Of a stretch of DNA of 64,000 nucleotides, positions 7,954-16,922 are shown piece by piece. Each line of letters opens with the position of its first letter. The stretch's first letter is position 1. Made by a program: the position numbers and the translations under genes. The stretch comes from a virus (taxonomy: Duplodnaviria > Caudoviricetes), in the IMG/VR virus record IMGVR_UViG_3300031539_000005, positions 1-64,000 of that record. One strand, 5' to 3'. The notes beneath the pieces were generated by a model that worked only from the letters and a program-made list of their open reading frames with translations, was not told the DNA's origin and ran no database searches.

Positions 7954-9711
7954 ATTCCCGAAATCCTTGAACGTTGTGTTAAACAGGTAATGAAACAGGG
8001 CAAGAGTAAAAGCTCAGCATTCGCAATTTGTACTGAGAGTTTGAAGAAGAAAGGAAAGCTAACCGACGAAGAACTGGATGTTCTTTTGAATGATATCGCC
8101 GATGTTAATGAAGGGACTGTTGAGTTTAAAGAATTGATGACCTATATTGAGTGCGATGCTTTAGAGCTTTGGACTGCTCCTTCCAAGCGAAAAGATCTCT
8201 CCGAATCGCGTTTTTTTGATCCTAAAAACAAGAAATATATCTATAAGAATGTTGATGGGTCAATTAACCACGGTGGAGTAATGGCGGCTTGGAAAATGGC
8301 TAATGGGGCCAGAAGTGGGGAAAAAGCCGATCCTGGCATTATCAGTAAAATTAAACCTGTCAGAGATAATTGTCTCAAACAAAAGAAACAATCCGAAGTT
8401 TCTCACAAATTCACTTTTCCTATCTCCGAATCAATTCTCTCCGATATTGAACTTGCTGCAAACAAACCCCTTGAAGTTCAGATCTTAAAACCTGGAAGAT
8501 TTAAACATCCATGGTGGGGAGTTTTGCGCTTTGATGATGCTTTCTTCAGAAATATTATTAAGAATTTTGACACCGATATTCCTCAAGAGAAGATTGCTTT
8601 TGACTTTAGTCATAGGCCAGAACTTGGAGCGGCAGCTTGGGTTGACAAGCTTTTCACTAAGCCAGAAGGTTTATTTTCTCTCGTGGAACTAACGGATGAA
8701 GGGAAGAAAGCCATCAAAGGTGGACAGTTTAAGTATTTCTCTGCTGAATATGCGGATGATTTTACTGTAACTGAATTTGAGGACGAGATCGATGAGGAAG
8801 GACATGTAAGAGAAAAAGAGATCAAGTTTAATTATGGTCCTACCCTCATAGGAGGTGGACTTACCAACCGACCGTTTCTTAAGGGGATGAAGCCAGTTTC
8901 TCTTAGTGAAGATGGAACGGCTATTGAGATGGAAGAGATCAGTGACGATGAACTATTTAACCAAATGTCAGAGGAGGTGAAAGAGAAGATGAAAAAGACT
9001 TTAGATGAGTTGAAACTGGAACAAGGTAAACTCACTAAGCAACTCGAAGAGCTGACCGCCACCAAGAAAGAAGACGCCGAGACCAAAACAAAAATCGGAG
9101 GTCTTGAGGTGCAGTTAGAGGAAATCAAAGTCGAGATGAAAAAGCTTTCTGATACCAAGACCACTGGCGATGCTGATAAGGCAAAAAAAGAGCTTGCCGA
9201 TAAGGAAAAGGCTCTGGGCGAGGCCAATCAGAAGTTAGTGGAAAGGGATGCTGAGCTCAAGAGATTGAGTGAAGATATAAAATCCCTTACGGGATCGGTC
9301 AAAGGGCTGATGGATTCCAACAAGGAACTTCAGGAAGCTAGATTCAAAGCTCTAACTGAAAAGCGTCTTCAGGAATTTAAGATGTTGGGAGTATTTCCTT
9401 CGACTCTTAAGATCGTCGAACCAATTCTCTTATCTCCAGAAGCAAAGACTTTTACAGTCAAGCTTTCGGAGGGAGAAGGAGAAGCGAAAAAGGAAACGCT
9501 CAAGACCCTGGCGGATGTTCTCTTTGATGTCTTTACTTCTATCCCGGCCGATCATCGGTTCAGTGTAGAAGAATTGAGTGAGTCTGTTGTTGGCCCTTCC
9601 GGAGGAACGAAAGAACTTTCGGTGGAAGATGTGGAAAAATTTGCCAAGGACAATACTCTTTCCTATGACGATGCCTTGATTGAACTTTCAAGGCAGGGAA
9701 AAATCACGTAG
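7954..9711 (+). CDS. Prohead protease / scaffold protein (Mu gpI-like phage protease with C-terminal coiled-coil scaffold); probable ATT start at 7954
   Basis: DFSH...AAAWV...ELTDEGKKAIKGGQFKYFSAE...GGGLTNRPF protease motifs; long K/E coiled coil; lies directly upstream of the cement and capsid genes. Confidence 0.85.
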   Translation: MPEILERCVKQVMKQGKSKSSAFAICTESLKKKGKLTDEELDVLLNDIADVNEGTVEFKELMTYIECDALELWTAPSKRKDLSESRFFDPKNKKYIYKNVDGSINHGGVMAAWKMANGARSGEKADPGIISKIKPVRDNCLKQKKQSEVSHKFTFPISESILSDIELAANKPLEVQILKPGRFKHPWWGVLRFDDAFFRNIIKNFDTDIPQEKIAFDFSHRPELGAAAWVDKLFTKPEGLFSLVELTDEGKKAIKGGQFKYFSAEYADDFTVTEFEDEIDEEGHVREKEIKFNYGPTLIGGGLTNRPFLKGMKPVSLSEDGTAIEMEEISDDELFNQMSEEVKEKMKKTLDELKLEQGKLTKQLEELTATKKEDAETKTKIGGLEVQLEEIKVEMKKLSDTKTTGDADKAKKELADKEKALGEANQKLVERDAELKRLSEDIKSLTGSVKGLMDSNKELQEARFKALTEKRLQEFKMLGVFPSTLKIVEPILLSPEAKTFTVKLSEGEGEAKKETLKTLADVLFDVFTSIPADHRFSVEELSESVVGPSGGTKELSVEDVEKFAKDNTLSYDDALIELSRQGKIT

Positions 9712-9785
9712 CCAAGTTGGAATTCTAACCTTTTAAATGTAATTAATTACTTATCAAATTTTTTTCTAAAGGAGGTGTAACTAAT

Positions 9786-10280
9786 ATGGCATTGCCCACT
9801 GAAACAACTGGTTTTACATTTGGTTGGAGTCCTAATGATTTCGTCCAAAATTTCGTTTGTTACGGCGGTGACGCTAGGGGAGGAGCAGATAAGGGAGCCA
9901 ACGAAGGGAAACTTTCCATTCTGGAAGGAGATGTTGTCTGTCTTTATACCTCTACCTTTCGTGCTGTTCAGCCATACGACGGAGACGCTGGTACTACGAC
10001 TCCGATGATTGGAGTTGCCTTGGCAGATGCGAAACTTGGCGAATTGGTTCCTGTCGCTTGCGGCCCCATTGTCAAGTGTCTGGTTGGAACCACTACTGTC
10101 ACGGTCGGAAATAAGGTTGGTATTTCGGAAGTCGCCGGCGAAGACGGAGCAATCATCCCTGTGACTCCTACTGGTGGCGGGACTCTTACTGCAATGCTGG
10201 GAATTGCCCTTGCTACAGGTCAAGTTGATGACATCATTCCTGTATTGATGAAGGGTCCGGGATTTTGTTATACAGGTTAA
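9786..10280 (+). CDS. Capsid cement/decoration protein (DUF2190-like)
   Basis: IGVALADA..GE.V.V...G and LGIALATG..DDIIPV motifs; position between protease and capsid; SD AAGGAGGTG. Confidence 0.7.
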   Translation: MALPTETTGFTFGWSPNDFVQNFVCYGGDARGGADKGANEGKLSILEGDVVCLYTSTFRAVQPYDGDAGTTTPMIGVALADAKLGELVPVACGPIVKCLVGTTTVTVGNKVGISEVAGEDGAIIPVTPTGGGTLTAMLGIALATGQVDDIIPVLMKGPGFCYTG

Positions 10281-10313
10281 TTCTAGCCAAAACGATGAGG
10301 AGGTGATACACGC

Positions 10314-11255
10314 ATGTATAACGTACAGAAAGGAAATGTTAGAGACGACAAGTTCCTTACCGGATTGGCGGTTCGTTATGCAAACAATGAATTTGTTGGA
10401 ACACAGTTCTTGCCAGAATATGGCGTCCAGAAGGAGTCTGACAAATACCGCATTTTCCGTAAGGACGGTTTCTACAAAGGCGCTCCGAAAAAAGCTGATG
10501 GAGCAATCACTGAAGAGGCGTCCCTGAGTTACGATGAGGGAACGTATAGCACTTACGAAAGAGCTATTAAAGACATCGTAACCGATAGAGCAGTACAGAA
10601 TGCTGATGCTCCTGTTCGCCCCAAAGTGGATACAACGAACTTTTTAACCGAAAAAATCCTGCTTTCTGAAGAGATTGATATTTGGGCCTTGATCCTTGGA
10701 ACTTCTGGCCTGGAAAATTCAGGATATTACAGCGATCTGACATCCACCACCGCTTGGATTGGTGGAACAAATCCTGATATCTTGAGTGACCTTTCGGATG
10801 CCATCGTGCTTATTTCTAAGGCGATTGGAAAGCGTCCGAACAAGATTGCTTTTACTACCGAAGTGTCAGAAGCAATCGTGCAGGATTCGGTCATTCGTGA
10901 AATTCTCAAGTACCATACAACCAACATGATCACTGGAAATGGACTCCCGGCCACTCTGCGAAACATGCAGGTGATTCTGGCTGACGGTCTGTGGAACAGC
11001 GCGGATGAGGGGCAGACTGCGGCTTACGAGTATATCGTTAAGTACCGAGTCGCCATTGCGTATGCCAGCCCTGGTGATAATTTGACTCTTGGCCGAACTT
11101 TTGTGAGTAGGGGTTTTAAGGTTGTTCGCTGGAGAGATGATGATCGTGAAGGCGAGTTCATCAAAGTGAACAAAGTCTATAGTCCCAAGATCACAAATGT
11201 GGATGCGGCTTATATGTATAAGAGAGTCCACACCGGAACGTCTGACGACGATTAA
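10314..11255 (+). CDS. Major capsid protein
   Basis: DKFLTGLAVRYAN.EFVG..FLP...VQKESDKY pattern of HK97-fold capsid proteins; IGKRPN; strong SD GAGGAGGTGA; followed by a terminator. Confidence 0.85.
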   Translation: MYNVQKGNVRDDKFLTGLAVRYANNEFVGTQFLPEYGVQKESDKYRIFRKDGFYKGAPKKADGAITEEASLSYDEGTYSTYERAIKDIVTDRAVQNADAPVRPKVDTTNFLTEKILLSEEIDIWALILGTSGLENSGYYSDLTSTTAWIGGTNPDILSDLSDAIVLISKAIGKRPNKIAFTTEVSEAIVQDSVIREILKYHTTNMITGNGLPATLRNMQVILADGLWNSADEGQTAAYEYIVKYRVAIAYASPGDNLTLGRTFVSRGFKVVRWRDDDREGEFIKVNKVYSPKITNVDAAYMYKRVHTGTSDDD

Positions 11256-11264
11256 TTCTAGACA

Positions 11265-11293
11265 GAGCCCCCGCCTGGGGTTTGGGCTTTTTA
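11265..11293 (+). terminator. Rho-independent terminator after the capsid gene
   Basis: AGCCC...GGGCT stem followed by TTTT. Confidence 0.7.
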
Positions 11294-11334
11294 TACTCCC
11301 AATTAAATCTGTATATAGAATGTAGGAGGATATC

Positions 11335-11646
11335 ATGGGCGACACGAGATACTTGTGGGGAAGATCCAAGATGAATAAGATTTATGTCTTGGATTACATT
11401 GATTTTAAGCCTCAAGCAAGTGCTCCTACCGCTAGTTCTGGACGTATGTATATGGATGACAAGTATGTCATTCAGGTATGTGCTGATGGAACAACTTGGG
11501 CTTCTCTCTGGCACATGGTTAATACAGCGAATCCTCCGTGGATTAGGAGAGGAGCGTTGTATTTACATGCTGCGGATTCTAATGGTCTTAGCAAGCTCAA
11601 GATCTGCGAAGATGGAAGCACTTACAGAACAGTGACCACCGGATAA
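11335..11646 (+). CDS. Hypothetical virion protein (two internal similar segments)
   Basis: SD AGGAGG; G.MY..D....VCADGTTW repeated as GALY......KICEDGSTY. Confidence 0.6.
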   Translation: MGDTRYLWGRSKMNKIYVLDYIDFKPQASAPTASSGRMYMDDKYVIQVCADGTTWASLWHMVNTANPPWIRRGALYLHAADSNGLSKLKICEDGSTYRTVTTG

Positions 11647-11670
11647 TTCATATCTCAGAAGGAGAGTATC

Positions 11671-11895
11671 ATGAAGGTCATAGTAATTAAACCTAACTTG
11701 AAATACAGAGTACCTGAATTGAATAAGGGAAGATCATTTATGCCAAAGGTTGGACAAATAATTGATCTTCCCATCCCAATAGTCAAAAAGGAACTCAAAT
11801 CAAGAAATGTCAGAAGACCTCTGGAAGAAGAAATTACAGAAATTAAGGCTAAAAAAGAAAAGAAATTGAAAAGGACGATTGTAGCCGATGAGTGA
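11671..11895 (+). CDS. Hypothetical small basic head-associated protein
   Basis: SD AAGGAG; overlaps the next start; typical position after the capsid gene. Confidence 0.6.
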   Translation: MKVIVIKPNLKYRVPELNKGRSFMPKVGQIIDLPIPIVKKELKSRNVRRPLEEEITEIKAKKEKKLKRTIVADE

Positions 11896-12646
11896 TAGGA
11901 TCTATTGTGATCTCGATGATGTAAAAAGGCTCTTACGCTCTGTTGGTGTCAGAGAGTCCAAAGTAAGATTTTCTTCTGCCTATAAAGAATTAAAAGCTGA
12001 TTCAGGAAACGCGGGGACCATTGTTCTTAGCGGTGTTACTTTTGAAAGTTGTTTTGCAGATCATGAGATGTACACTTTCACATTTACCGATTCTACTTCC
12101 TTTTCGGTTGTTGGAGATGTTGTTGGTTCTTTAGGGAGTGGAACAGTAAGAGCTAAGTTCACTTCTACTGATCGATTTTCTGTTCCTCTTGCCAACTGGT
12201 CCGGTTCGGCAAATGCTGGCGATAAATGGTATATAACAGCAAATTCTGACGTCAGCGACGATGATGGCGATGATTTCATAGACGATGTTTGTGGAAAAAT
12301 CAATTCTAGTCTTGAAGCGAGATATGGATCATTAGCAAGCGTTCCTTTTATTGCTGATCTTTCTGTAACTATTCCAGATGCAATAAAGTATGCCTGTATT
12401 CGTCTTTCTGCTTATGAGATTTTTAATTCAGTATTTGCCGGAATAGGAGAAGGAGATTCTCCAGTGGCACATTGGAGAGACGATGCAGAAAAAGCTCTCA
12501 ATGGATATCTAGATAGTCATGGCAAAGGGCCAATTTGGAGATCAAGAGAAATAATGATTACAAAAATTGGCATAACTGGAGTTGGAGAGGGAGTTGTGGA
12601 TATCGATGAACTAACAGGCGATGAAGCCAAGGATTATAGTCGATAA
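11888..12646 (+). CDS. Head-tail connector (Mu gp36/HK97 gp6-like) with inserted beta domain
   Basis: YCDLDDVKRLL N-terminus; INSSLEARY...P...IPDAIKYACIRLSAYEI connector core; synteny. Confidence 0.7.
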   Translation: MSDRIYCDLDDVKRLLRSVGVRESKVRFSSAYKELKADSGNAGTIVLSGVTFESCFADHEMYTFTFTDSTSFSVVGDVVGSLGSGTVRAKFTSTDRFSVPLANWSGSANAGDKWYITANSDVSDDDGDDFIDDVCGKINSSLEARYGSLASVPFIADLSVTIPDAIKYACIRLSAYEIFNSVFAGIGEGDSPVAHWRDDAEKALNGYLDSHGKGPIWRSREIMITKIGITGVGEGVVDIDELTGDEAKDYSR

Positions 12647-13209
12647 TGTTTACTTTTTCTGTCGAAATGGTTGGTCATAAGCAATTAATTCTAGCTTTGC
12701 GAGGGCTTTTAGAACCGAGGTTTCCGGAAAGCATGTGGGATATAACCCGAACAAGACTTGAAAAGTTTATGAGGGCTAGAGTAAGACATATTACTAACTA
12801 CAGAACAAGACCTTCTACGTATAAATGGAGACAAAGCATGTCCAAACATGGACATTCCGTGGAAGCTCATATTGGAACTCTTTCTCCAGTCCTCCGAAGT
12901 GATCGCGTAGGGAGAAGAACAGGAACTTTCTTAAATGATGTAAGAGAGAGTCAGCCTCCAGGAGTTAGTTTAAAAATAGGTCTAAGTCCCAAAGATGGAG
13001 TTACAAATGGAGTTCTTGTGTATGAAATTGTTCCTTCAGCTTTTGCAAGAGTGAGGGGACAAGGTTATCCGATCCGATTTAATAAATATCTCATAGAAAG
13101 AAGTATTGTTCCTGAAGAAGGTATTTTGGGAATGGATTCTTCGGAAGAAGAAGCATTATTGGATACTCTTGAAAATTCTGTCGCTGATGTTCTTATGAGT
13201 AGGTGGTAA
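12646..13209 (+). CDS. Putative neck / tail completion protein
   Basis: Synteny; Arg-rich; RRTG motif; ILGMDSSEEEALL C-terminus. Confidence 0.5.
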   Translation: MFTFSVEMVGHKQLILALRGLLEPRFPESMWDITRTRLEKFMRARVRHITNYRTRPSTYKWRQSMSKHGHSVEAHIGTLSPVLRSDRVGRRTGTFLNDVRESQPPGVSLKIGLSPKDGVTNGVLVYEIVPSAFARVRGQGYPIRFNKYLIERSIVPEEGILGMDSSEEEALLDTLENSVADVLMSRW

Positions 13210-13214
13210 AGTAA

Positions 13215-13694
13215 ATGGCAACTATTAATTTCAGGGGAGAAAATAATCATTTCACAAATGCAGTTCTTAATTGCATTGAAGTTCTGAAAAAGTTTCCTAC
13301 TGAATCCGGAAGACAGATTAGACAATATTATGAAGAGGATCCCGCTGTTCCCATAACTCCTTCGTTTGTTGTTTTAGTAGCATCGTCAAAAGATGAAATG
13401 AGATCATCTCAGAATCTAACACAAATTCGATATACAATTCATATCGGATTGGAAGTTTGGTACTATCATGCTGATCTCACGGAAGAAACGAAGAGAAATG
13501 AAATTACTTATGTTCTTTGGGAAGTGAGTGAGCTTCTCAAGAAAAATATAACTCTGAATGGCTTTGTCCCCAAACTTGGTATTCAGATTACCGGAACGAG
13601 ATTTGTTGCTCAAGCTAGAGGAAGTGCAGTTTTAGCTGGTGGGGTCATTAGTCTTCTGGCGAGAAAACTGCATACTACGACTGTAACTTCATGA
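13215..13694 (+). CDS. Putative tail terminator protein
   Basis: Size, position before the tail tube, LLKKNITLNG motif. Confidence 0.6.
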   Translation: MATINFRGENNHFTNAVLNCIEVLKKFPTESGRQIRQYYEEDPAVPITPSFVVLVASSKDEMRSSQNLTQIRYTIHIGLEVWYYHADLTEETKRNEITYVLWEVSELLKKNITLNGFVPKLGIQITGTRFVAQARGSAVLAGGVISLLARKLHTTTVTS

Positions 13695-13728
13695 ATTTTA
13701 TTTTTAGGGAAAAGGAGGTGGGAATCAG

Positions 13729-15705
13729 ATGACACTATATACTGGACCTGCTGTAGGAGCAAAAGCACAGATTGGCTTTGCCGAAGAAGGCGCTTGGGGA
13801 TGCCAGAATCAGACACCAACGACTTTTGTCGAAATGACAAATGAATCAATTGTATCTGATATTGGAAGTCTTGTTTCAGGCGCTTTACGTGCAGACAGGG
13901 CAGTCCACAAGAGAGTTGGAGGAGTAGAAGCTGCTGGTGGAGATGTGAATTTTGAAGTATCTCCTCGTGGATTTGAGACATGGTTCAAACATGCGCTTGG
14001 AGAAGTGGTAACTACGAGAGTAGATACAGCCTTTATTATTGAATGCACAAATCCAGATGAGACGAGTGCCGTTTTAACGATTACCCATACAGAGGGAGAA
14101 GCGACTGCATTAGTGGTTACAATGGCTGTTGGTGCAACGCTCACTTTGGATTTGACCAATGCAAGCTATGATACTCTGGGCGAAGTAATGGCCGCTATTA
14201 ATGCTCATGCAAATTTGGCTGCCTGGAGTCCCTATCAAGCTACCCAAGGAGTATGGCAAACAACTCTCCATGCCAGTGACTACAACGCTGCTTCTGCAAA
14301 TAGCAATGTGCTGGAAGCTACAGCTAACATTGAACTTTTAAGATCCCCCAATCGAAGATGGACTATCGGCTGTTCGTGGAATATTCATTCTCATCAAATT
14401 CAATGTGCAACTGATTTACCTAAAGGAATGAGTGTTGAGGTCGGAAGAGATGTGGCTGCATTCCTATATGCGGGAATGAAAGTCAATACTCTGGAACTCA
14501 ATGCGACTCCTGGTGAGTTTTTCACTGGAACATTTGGTCTTATGGGCAAGGGTGGTACGACTGCGGATACTCCGGCTGCTGCTTCGGCTAATACTGGAAA
14601 TGCAAAGAATGCTTTCAAGATCAGATATACTGGAACTGGAGCTACTGCCACTCTGCAAATTGATTCCAGCAATTATCTCATTGTGCTTGAAATCGACGGT
14701 ACATCAGAAGATATCGTTCACAATATAAACATGCCTTATGTCGATCCTGAGACGGGAGTAGTCACCTGTGTCAATAGGATAGGAGGATTGGTTGGATACC
14801 TTAATAGCCAAACTTTCCTCGATGTTCAACTTGGTGACTATGTTGATCCCTATGCATTGAGCATTAATCTGAATCACTATTTAGCAACGGATATAACCTC
14901 AACTGACTATACATGGTTCAACTTTGAATTCACTGATACAAAGGCTCTTCCAGTTCTTTGGGGAGATTATACAGGTACGGATTCAGGGGATTCAACTATC
15001 TTTTATGTCAAGGTAGTCACTGGAGGTGCTCCGGGAACCGCCACGATTCAATTCAAGATTCATGGCGGAGCTTATGGAAATACGGTAACGACATCTGCCT
15101 CGGTTCCGAGTGAAATTCGATACGGTAGCAATGTTGATTCAGGGTATACAGTGTTCTTCCCTGATAATACAGAGCTTGTGGCCGGTGACGTTTGGACTTT
15201 TGAAACCATTAGACCTGCATCTGATGCTACGTATTCAGATGTTGATCCCTATTCGGGTTATGAAGGTGCGCTTACCATTGATGATGAAGTTACGGCTATC
15301 ATGGGATGGACTTGTACCTTGAATAATAACCTGTTTGGAGATAAGTATCATTTGGGTGATAGAACAAGGGCCAAATTACCTGAGCAGAAAAGAAACGTTG
15401 AAGGAACAATTACTGCTGAATTTGACAATTTGGATCTGTATAGGAAGTTTCTTAACGGGACTCAGGGCGACTTGCAGATGATCTTCACCTCATCTACCTA
15501 CATTTCAACCACTGCATTAGGAAACTCTGCTTCTCAGTACAGTCTGACGATAAGACAGCCAGAAATTGAGTTTGATGGAGAAACTCCTACTGCTTCTGAC
15601 GAAGGGATCATAACGACTGATATGCCGTACATTGCATTGTGGGACGACACGAATGATATTCCGGAACTCCGGATAACCATCGTTTCCAATGTGGCATATA
15701 TTTAA
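13729..15705 (+). CDS. Major tail tube protein with large inserted domains
   Basis: GAKAQIGFAEE.AWG; SVEVGRD...YAGMKVNTLEL; LNNNL...RNVEGTITAEFD; SD AGGAGGTG. Confidence 0.8.
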   Translation: MTLYTGPAVGAKAQIGFAEEGAWGCQNQTPTTFVEMTNESIVSDIGSLVSGALRADRAVHKRVGGVEAAGGDVNFEVSPRGFETWFKHALGEVVTTRVDTAFIIECTNPDETSAVLTITHTEGEATALVVTMAVGATLTLDLTNASYDTLGEVMAAINAHANLAAWSPYQATQGVWQTTLHASDYNAASANSNVLEATANIELLRSPNRRWTIGCSWNIHSHQIQCATDLPKGMSVEVGRDVAAFLYAGMKVNTLELNATPGEFFTGTFGLMGKGGTTADTPAAASANTGNAKNAFKIRYTGTGATATLQIDSSNYLIVLEIDGTSEDIVHNINMPYVDPETGVVTCVNRIGGLVGYLNSQTFLDVQLGDYVDPYALSINLNHYLATDITSTDYTWFNFEFTDTKALPVLWGDYTGTDSGDSTIFYVKVVTGGAPGTATIQFKIHGGAYGNTVTTSASVPSEIRYGSNVDSGYTVFFPDNTELVAGDVWTFETIRPASDATYSDVDPYSGYEGALTIDDEVTAIMGWTCTLNNNLFGDKYHLGDRTRAKLPEQKRNVEGTITAEFDNLDLYRKFLNGTQGDLQMIFTSSTYISTTALGNSASQYSLTIRQPEIEFDGETPTASDEGIITTDMPYIALWDDTNDIPELRITIVSNVAYI

Positions 15706-15750
15706 GATTTCCCGTGCATGACCTTACCGATGCTGCGGTGCCTGCAACTT

Positions 15751-15790
15751 GAGAGGAAGGAATTTAAAAACCTTCCTCTCCCTTCCTTTA
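15751..15790 (+). terminator. Stem-loop (possible terminator) after the tail tube gene
   Basis: Perfect 10-bp stem GAGAGGAAGG / CCTTCCTCTC with a 10-nt loop; weak U-tract. Confidence 0.5.
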
Positions 15791-16017
15791 AATTCAATCA
15801 AGGTAAGACTGTGGTAAGAGAGCTTTTCTATGTGTTCTGGGCACCATATATCTACGTTATTCACTTTTTCGGTGTTTTGAGGAAGTTTTGTTTTTGGCTA
15901 TTTTTCATGAGAGGCTTTAACAGTGTCTTAATTTATAGGCTTTTAGTTTTTTTCCGGGCAAAACAGTATTCACTTCTTAAAGACTTAGTTACTTTTTATT
16001 TGAAGGAGGACGAAAGG

Positions 16018-16425
16018 ATGGCTAAAATATTTGGTTTAAGGTCAGATCAAGTCCATGATTATACTCCTAAGGGACAAGAAGATGTTCCTAAGGAAGAACA
16101 ACTTTCTTTTCAGGTAAGATTTCTCGATGTAAAACTCACCGCCGATATCACCGATCAAGTCTATACGGCAAAAGGATTCGGAAATAAACGGGAAGAACTT
16201 CTGAGAGCTGGAAGTCAAGAGCTGAAAATTCTCCGCAGAGGAATTGTTGGGTGGACAAATTTCACCTATGATGATGGAACGGCTATAGAATGGGAGGAAA
16301 TTCCTAGGTCAAGCACCCAAAAGCAAACGGAAGTAATGGACAGAAATCTTAACAAGATTCCTCCGGAGATCAGAGGGGAAATTGCAGATTATGTCAGGGG
16401 AGTGAGTACAGCAGACCAGGACTGA
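16018..16425 (+). CDS. Tail assembly chaperone (gpG-like)
   Basis: SD AAGGAGG before ATG 16018; ILRRGIVGWTNF motif; position between tube and tape measure. Confidence 0.75.
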   Translation: MAKIFGLRSDQVHDYTPKGQEDVPKEEQLSFQVRFLDVKLTADITDQVYTAKGFGNKREELLRAGSQELKILRRGIVGWTNFTYDDGTAIEWEEIPRSSTQKQTEVMDRNLNKIPPEIRGEIADYVRGVSTADQD

Positions 16426-16445
16426 TTGAAGAGTTACGTCTCGCT

Positions 16446-16922
16446 GTGAGATGGGGCGTAGCTACGAGGTATCTCAAAGATCCTGCTACTTGGGATTGTG
16501 ATTATTGTTCTGAGCATGAAGCCATTAGAGAAGCTCGGAATTGTGATTGGGAAAAACCTGGAGAATGTAAAGTCTGTGGCCTTATTCCTTTTAAGGATAT
16601 TTCTAGGGATTCAAAAAATGGCCGTTTCTTATGTCCTTCTTGTGATCAACGGATAACTTTTGGTAAATCTGAATTTCTCCTTGGAAGAACGTACAGAGCT
16701 CCAGGTTGCCCCAAGTCACATATAACGCCTAGAGCAATTCTTTTGCTTCAACTTGTAGAGTGGTCAGATACTACAGGAAAATTGCCAACGGCTCAAACCC
16801 TATTTGATGAAAGTGCGCTTTTTTTTGAAATAAGAAGTTTTATAGTGTCCGAAAAAAATGTTGCTGAACTAGAAATGGAACCTAAAGAAAAAACTTCTAT
16901 TAAAAGAAAAGGAAGTAAATAA
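16446..16922 (+). CDS. Second tail assembly chaperone ORF (gpT-like), Cys-rich; may be reached by a -1 frameshift
   Basis: The -1 frame is open from 16353; CxxC motifs; GKLPTAQTLFDESA resembles the G.LP..GG..DQ pattern. Confidence 0.65.
   Translation: MRWGVATRYLKDPATWDCDYCSEHEAIREARNCDWEKPGECKVCGLIPFKDISRDSKNGRFLCPSCDQRITFGKSEFLLGRTYRAPGCPKSHITPRAILLLQLVEWSDTTGKLPTAQTLFDESALFFEIRSFIVSEKNVAELEMEPKEKTSIKRKGSK

Noticed and set aside
15711-15760. Cobalamin riboswitch (CGGTG...GCAACT resemblance)
   Set aside because: Lacks the GGGAA and B12-box elements in the right order; only a superficial match.
15718-16017. 100-aa N-terminal extension of the tail chaperone in the ORF track
   Set aside because: Phe/Leu-rich translation of a T-rich, hairpin-containing intergenic region; the strong SD precedes ATG 16018.
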